From Candidatus Bathyarchaeota archaeon (lineage in GTDB: Archaea > Thermoproteota > Bathyarchaeia > TCS64): a stretch of 64,000 nt of DNA. The stretch is taken from contig CAVYLP010000004.1 in the NCBI GenBank assembly GCA_963769425.1, positions 64,001 to 128,000 on the forward strand, given 5' to 3'. Made by a program: the position numbers and the translations under genes. Positions 59,177 to 64,000 of the stretch are shown piece by piece. The notes beneath the pieces are model-generated. The model made no database searches. It worked only from the letters and a program-made list of their open reading frames with translations, and had not been told where the DNA came from. Within the stretch, counting starts at the first letter, position 1; each line of letters starts with the position of its first letter.

Positions 59177-60020
59177 TCATTGCACCTCTTCCCTCTCCAT
59201 CTTCACGGCACCCACGAGGCACTCCTCGGCGCAGATGCCGCAGCCCTTACAGTAGTCGTAGTTGATCTCGGCCTTGTCCTCCACCATGCTCTATCGCGGT
59301 CTCGGGGCAGTAGACCCAGCACCGTTTGCAGCCCACGCACTTCGCCTTGTCGACGACGGGATGCATGACCCTCCAGTCGGAGACGATCCGCGAGTAGGAG
59401 ATGAGCGGCTGGGTGGACGCCTTCTTGACCTATCTCGGCCTTCTTGAGGCCGGAGGCGTCGACGGGGGCGTGTCGTCGCCTCGTACGCCTTCTTCATCGC
59501 CTCGACGTTGTTCGGGATGAGACGCTCGGCCAGCTCGCCGTGTGCAGCGACTCGGCGAGTGAGTCGAGCTGTGACGAGCCCCGTCGCCTTCGCGAATGCG
59601 CCCGAGTATCGCTGTGTTCGTGATTGGCCGACCGAGAACGTCGAGCGCGATCTTCGTCGCGTCGACCGTGGCGATCTTGAAGTCACCGGCGAGCCCCGTG
59701 TCCTTGAGCGTCCCCCGGGTGGTTGATGATCACGAGCCCCCCTTCTTGAGGCCGTCCGTCACGTCGACGCTCCTGTTGAGGAGTGGGTCGAGGACGACGA
59801 CTATGTCGGGCTCGTGGACTAGGTCGCGTTCCCTGATGCGTGTGTCGTCTATCCGGCAGAAGGCGGAGACCGGGGCTCCGCGCCTCTCGTTGCCGTACAT
59901 CGGGATAGCCTGTGTGTACTTGCCGTCGAGGTGTATCGCCGACGCCAGTATCTTCACGGCGGTGACGGCGCCCTGGCCGCCCCTACCGTGGAAGCGTATC
60001 TCTATCAAGTGAGTAACCAA
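59177..60020 (-). CDS. 2-oxoacid:ferredoxin oxidoreductase gamma subunit, probably fused to delta (ferredoxin); heavily garbled
   Basis: [15 protein letters not shown] and YGNERRGAP; a delta-like TGGSC.P followed by [14 protein letters not shown] near 59215-59260. Confidence 0.75.
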
Positions 60021-60144
60021 CAGATATCCCGGATTTTTTACGGGTTAAAAGGTCTTGCAGAAAGTAATGGCGCAATGCCCACGGGGTTTGAGGCTAGAAG
60101 CTCCTTATCTCCTCTTGACCCGTTGTCGGGTTCGACAAGCCGAT

Positions 60145-61864
60145 TTGAACGCCTCAAAGGCCATGATGGAGATGCTGAAGGGATACGGCGTCGGCGAGGT
60201 GTTCGGCCTCCCCGGCGAGACGACGCTCCCATGGTACAAGGAGTGGTGAGCACCCCCGAGGTCAGGCACGTCATGATGCGGGACGAGCGGAGCGCCGCCT
60301 TCGCCGCCGACGCATACGCGCGGTTCAGCTTCAGAGCCCGGCGTCTGCGAGGGACCGAGCGTAGGCGCCACCCACATGATCCCCGGCGTCGCCGAGGCCT
60401 TCAAGGCCTCCATCCCCATGGTCGTCATCGCGAGCGACATCCCCCTCCACTACGAGAGACGCAACACCCTGACGGGCCTCGATCAGTCGGCGCTCTTCCG
60501 GGGGATAACAAAGGAGAGCATCACCGTCACTGAGGCGTCCGACCTGCCCAGCATAGTGCGCCGCGCCTTCCGCGTCGCCACGACTGGGAAGCCGGGCCCC
60601 GTACACATCAGGTTCCCAAGCGACAAGCAGGGCGAGGAGATAGGGGAGCCCCCGCTCTGGGTGCAGAGCGACTTCAAGGCTTACCCCGGCCACCGAGGCG
60701 TCGCGGAGCTCGCCAAGATAAGCGAGGCCCTTAAGGTGCTCGGCTCGGCGCTGCGCCCCGTCATCGTCTGCGGTCAGGGCGTCCTCCTCAGCCAGGCTTG
60801 GGGCGAGGTGCAGGTCCTCGCCGAGCTCTTCGGAGTACCAGTCGGCACGACGATAAACGCGAAGGGCGCCTTTCCCGAGGCGCACCCGCTCAGCATAGGC
60901 GTCACGGGTGCCCGAGGCGGCTCGACCTACGGTAACAAGGTCATCTCGGAGGCAGACGTGATATTCTACGTCGGCTCGAGCACAGACTCGACCGCCACCG
61001 ACGGCTGGAAGATACCCCCGCTCGACACGAACGGCGAAGACAATACAGCTCAACGTCGACGGCGGTGAGGTGGGGAACAACTACAACGCCGAGGTCTCCC
61101 TCATAGGCGACGCCGCCGCGACGCTCCGAGTCATGGTCGAGGTCGCGGAGAAGCAGGAGAAGAAGACCCGCAAGTTACCCAGGATCAGGGCGATCCAGAA
61201 GGAGAGGGCGGATTACGAGGCATACGCCTCGGGGCTCATGGCAAGCAACGAGGTCCCAGTCCACCCCCTCAGGTTCGTGAAGGATCTGGGCGACGCGCTG
61301 CCGAAGGACTACGCCCTCGTCACCGACGTGGGCATCGCGGCCGTCTACACGGCCGCGTACCTCAGGCAGGCGGAGGCGGGGCGCCGCATGATATTCAACT
61401 ACGCCGTCGGCGCGTTGGGGTACGCCATCCCAGCCAGCATCGGCGCTCGATTGGCGAGACCGAACAGTGCGGTCATCACACTAGTAGGCGACGGCAGCTT
61501 CGGCTTCACCGCGGGGGAGCTTGAGACAGTGGCCCGAATCGGCGGCCCCAACCACATAGTACTCCTCAACAACATGAGCTACGGCTGGATACGCGCAGAG
61601 TGGCTTCTCAGCCACGGCAAGGAGTACGTAGACTTCGCCACCAACTTCAGACCCGTCGACTACGTCAAGATCGCCGAGGGCTTCGGCATCGAGGCGACTC
61701 GCGTCGGTAAGACCGCTGACCTCGGCCCCACACTAAAGAAGAATCTTACTAAGAAGGACCCCACATTCACCGAGGTCATCGTCAAGCCGGAGGACCAGTT
61801 GGTGCCCCCGGTGCCAAGCTGGATAAAGAAGGCGGAGAAGCAGGGCTACCCACACGTCAAGTAG
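60145..61864 (+). CDS. Acetolactate synthase-like TPP-binding protein, frameshifts
   Basis: VFGLPG, RDERSAAFAADAYAR, PGPVH, GALGYAIP and GDGSF...NN. Confidence 0.88.
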
Positions 61865-61869
61865 AACAA

Positions 61870-63303
61870 CTACTCTACTTGGAACTCCACGTAGAATACC
61901 TGAGGCTCTCCATCGGGGTACTTGATGAGTGCGACGACGCGGTACTTTCCTGCTTCAGCTCCCGATAGGTCGAATCTCTGCCACCAGAATGCCCCGGTAC
62001 GGATGTCTACCCCATCGTTCTTGGCGGCGCTGTTCAGGTGATAGCTCAGCCACCCAAGGTCGACCCATCTTTCGAGGGTGTAATTCATGACCATGTTCCT
62101 TGGGCTCCCATTCGTAACAGTGAAGAAAAACGACCTACCGTGCGGAGGATCAGCGTCTACTCTGACTTCGGGGGAGATGGGAAGATCGTCATACTTGACA
62201 ACCTGTACGACGCGGGTAATAGTCGAGAATATACCCTCGTCGAAGTATGCCGACAGCTTCAGGTAGTAGATGCCTGTATCGCTCTCGGGCGGGATACCGA
62301 TGGTTGTTTCCCAGCTCATGTATGTGCTGAGAGGCAAGATCGCCCCCTGGGACACTGTCTCAAGGTTCGTCGCCTTGATCAGCTCAAGTTTAAATGAGAC
62401 TGTGTTATCCTCGCCGGAGCCGCCGAGGTGCTGAACCCTGAATGGGACTGCGTCGCCCGGTGCATATGGGCCTACGTTTATGTTCTCAGAGAACTCACCC
62501 GAGCGGAGGTTTGGCTCAGGATCCCAGATGTAGGCTATCCGGTCAGTAGTGGCTTCGATATACGGGAATGTCAGCGTCTCGACCCATTTCGAGCCCTCGA
62601 CCCCGACCTTCTTAGCGTAGCGATACTCGCCTTCGCCAAGCGGTAGCTGGAAGCCCTGCCTATAGATGCCCCAGCTCTCAACCTCCAGCGGAGGGCCGGC
62701 GTCGGCGACGCTCGCAACGGTTACCCAGCCCGAATCCGTCTTCTTCTCCAGCTCGTACCCCGAGCCGATGAGCAGTGACTGTGCTCCGAGGTTAGCGAGC
62801 TCCAGCGTCTGCAGACCATTCCTCCAGTTCTCGTAGAAGTATATCGGCCTGAAGCCGTAGATGGGCTGGGTGTCAGGGGCTTGCTCGGGTCGTACTATAG
62901 TGAACTCGATCGAGGCATTCATCGCCTCGTTCGTGTTCACGTTTCTCCATACCCTGTAGAACCCGGAGTCCAGCCCCGTAATGTCGATGGTCTTACTGTC
63001 CAGGGGAGCGACGAATACGTTTGCGAAGTGTGAACGGGGTTCGTAGGGGATAGGTTTCCAGATCCCACCGACCAGCTTATCGATCTTCAGGGCGTCCATC
63101 GACTGCTGCTCGCTGATAGGCGTGACAATCGTCATGGACTCTTCATCGGTTATCGGGGTGGGTTCGACCCTCAGGGACATTGTGGGTTCGAGCTCCCACA
63201 AAATACTGTTCGATTTGGGGGGCTTTGACTGCTGGTAGGGGACTGCTAGGACGATGACTGCGGCGAGGAATATGTAGACGAACCAGACGCGGTTGAGCTT
63301 CAA
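61870..63303 (-). CDS. Secreted/anchored protein with repeated Ig-like beta-sandwich domains
   Basis: N-terminal hydrophobic anchor; three (L/I)(E/D)(K/R)...G.W...G.YR units. Confidence 0.7.
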   Translation of the reverse strand: MKLNRVWFVYIFLAAVIVLAVPYQQSKPPKSNSILWELEPTMSLRVEPTPITDEESMTIVTPISEQQSMDALKIDKLVGGIWKPIPYEPRSHFANVFVAPLDSKTIDITGLDSGFYRVWRNVNTNEAMNASIEFTIVRPEQAPDTQPIYGFRPIYFYENWRNGLQTLELANLGAQSLLIGSGYELEKKTDSGWVTVASVADAGPPLEVESWGIYRQGFQLPLGEGEYRYAKKVGVEGSKWVETLTFPYIEATTDRIAYIWDPEPNLRSGEFSENINVGPYAPGDAVPFRVQHLGGSGEDNTVSFKLELIKATNLETVSQGAILPLSTYMSWETTIGIPPESDTGIYYLKLSAYFDEGIFSTITRVVQVVKYDDLPISPEVRVDADPPHGRSFFFTVTNGSPRNMVMNYTLERWVDLGWLSYHLNSAAKNDGVDIRTGAFWWQRFDLSGAEAGKYRVVALIKYPDGEPQVFYVEFQVE

Positions 63304-63378
63304 TGGATAGCGAGTTACTGTAATTTCTATTTAAGAAGAATGGATCAAACAAGTCGTTAACAGTTCGGAATATTTAGT

Positions 63379-64000
63379 TCAGTTTTGCTTGATGGATTCC
63401 ATGAGCTTATCGATGTCCTCGCGTGTGTTGTAGAAGTGGGAGGAGACACGCATGTGGCCGCCGTGCGCCTCGCGACCCGTCACCTTGATCTTACCTTTCT
63501 TCAGCTTCTCCGCGAGCTTCACCGCCCCATCCTGTGCGAAGCTTACGACTGGGGACTCGTTACCCTCCGGGGTCCAGATCTCCTTTCCAATCTCATCAAG
63601 TTTCTCGAAGAGGTACCCCGTGTTGTCGAGCACCCTCTTCTCTACATAGTCCATGCCGAGTCGATTCAGGTACTTGAGCGACTCCTCGAGGGCGTAGACG
63701 CCCTGGAAGTTGATAGTGCCGTACTCGAACTTCTCCGCCGTGTCCCTGGGCGTCAGTGCCTCCGCGTGCGCCCCCTCCCAGATCTGGTTCTTCCACCCGG
63801 TCCTGTCCGGCGTCAGCTCCTCGATGGACTCCTTGTCGACGTATAGGAAGGCGAGGCCCGCCGGGCCCATCAGGTACTTGTAGGGGGCGACTGAGACGTA
63901 GTCGGCGCCGTCCCGCTTGTAGTCGACCTTCAGCGCACCGACGGCCTGGGTGGCGTCTACGAGGAGCTTCGCCCCGTGGACGTGGGCGACGTCCGCAACC
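63379..64000 (-). CDS. Class V PLP-dependent aminotransferase / cysteine desulfurase-like; 5' end outside the window
   Basis: VDATQAVG, YKYLMGP.G, KFEYGT and RVSSHFYNT. Confidence 0.88.
   Translation of the reverse strand, partial: VADVAHVHGAKLLVDATQAVGALKVDYKRDGADYVSVAPYKYLMGPAGLAFLYVDKESIEELTPDRTGWKNQIWEGAHAEALTPRDTAEKFEYGTINFQGVYALEESLKYLNRLGMDYVEKRVLDNTGYLFEKLDEIGKEIWTPEGNESPVVSFAQDGAVKLAEKLKKGKIKVTGREAHGGHMRVSSHFYNTREDIDKLMESIKQN

Noticed and set aside
1391-61864. Frameshifts in many housekeeping genes (fprA, M50 protease, E1 beta, CDP-alcohol transferase, purC, purF, D-aminoacylase, TFE-beta-like, FDR, POR subunits, ALS-like) as programmed frameshifting or genome decay
   Set aside because: They are scattered single-base indels, often in short homopolymers, in otherwise well-conserved genes, and the POR gamma region is locally garbled. 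This is typical of long-read consensus error, and no shared slippery motif was seen.

Overview
Archaeal chromosome segment, most likely TACK superphylum and probably Bathyarchaeia. This is inferred from rps26e, an arcadin-1-like gene, a TBP plus TFE-beta/RPC34-like gene, NreA and an intron-containing tRNA; no database search was run. The backbone is GC-rich housekeeping and metabolic DNA: iscS/iscU, fprA, rnz, trxB/trx, prs, 2-oxoacid dehydrogenase E1, a FecCD-type ABC transporter, purC/purF, pheS/pheT, proC, tbp, a POR-family operon and others. Many backbone genes carry single-base frameshifts that look like long-read consensus errors. Two AT-rich accessory islands are present. Island 1 (5230-10149) is bounded by a 13-bp direct repeat overlapping the start codon of the arcadin-1-like gene. 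It holds a broken tyrosine integrase, an RHH regulator and three cargo genes, two of which are followed by the same remnant of a coding 3' end. Island 2 (about 43200-48440) begins with a non-coding array of roughly 25 phased TTCC-N8/9-GG(A/T)A motifs between AT-rich tracts, followed by a beta-helix protein and a HEPN-like gene. Other unexplained structure includes a dispersed 126-bp intergenic element, a second short repeat family, and sharply localised patches of extreme A/C versus G/T strand bias. All alignments and counts were done by eye.
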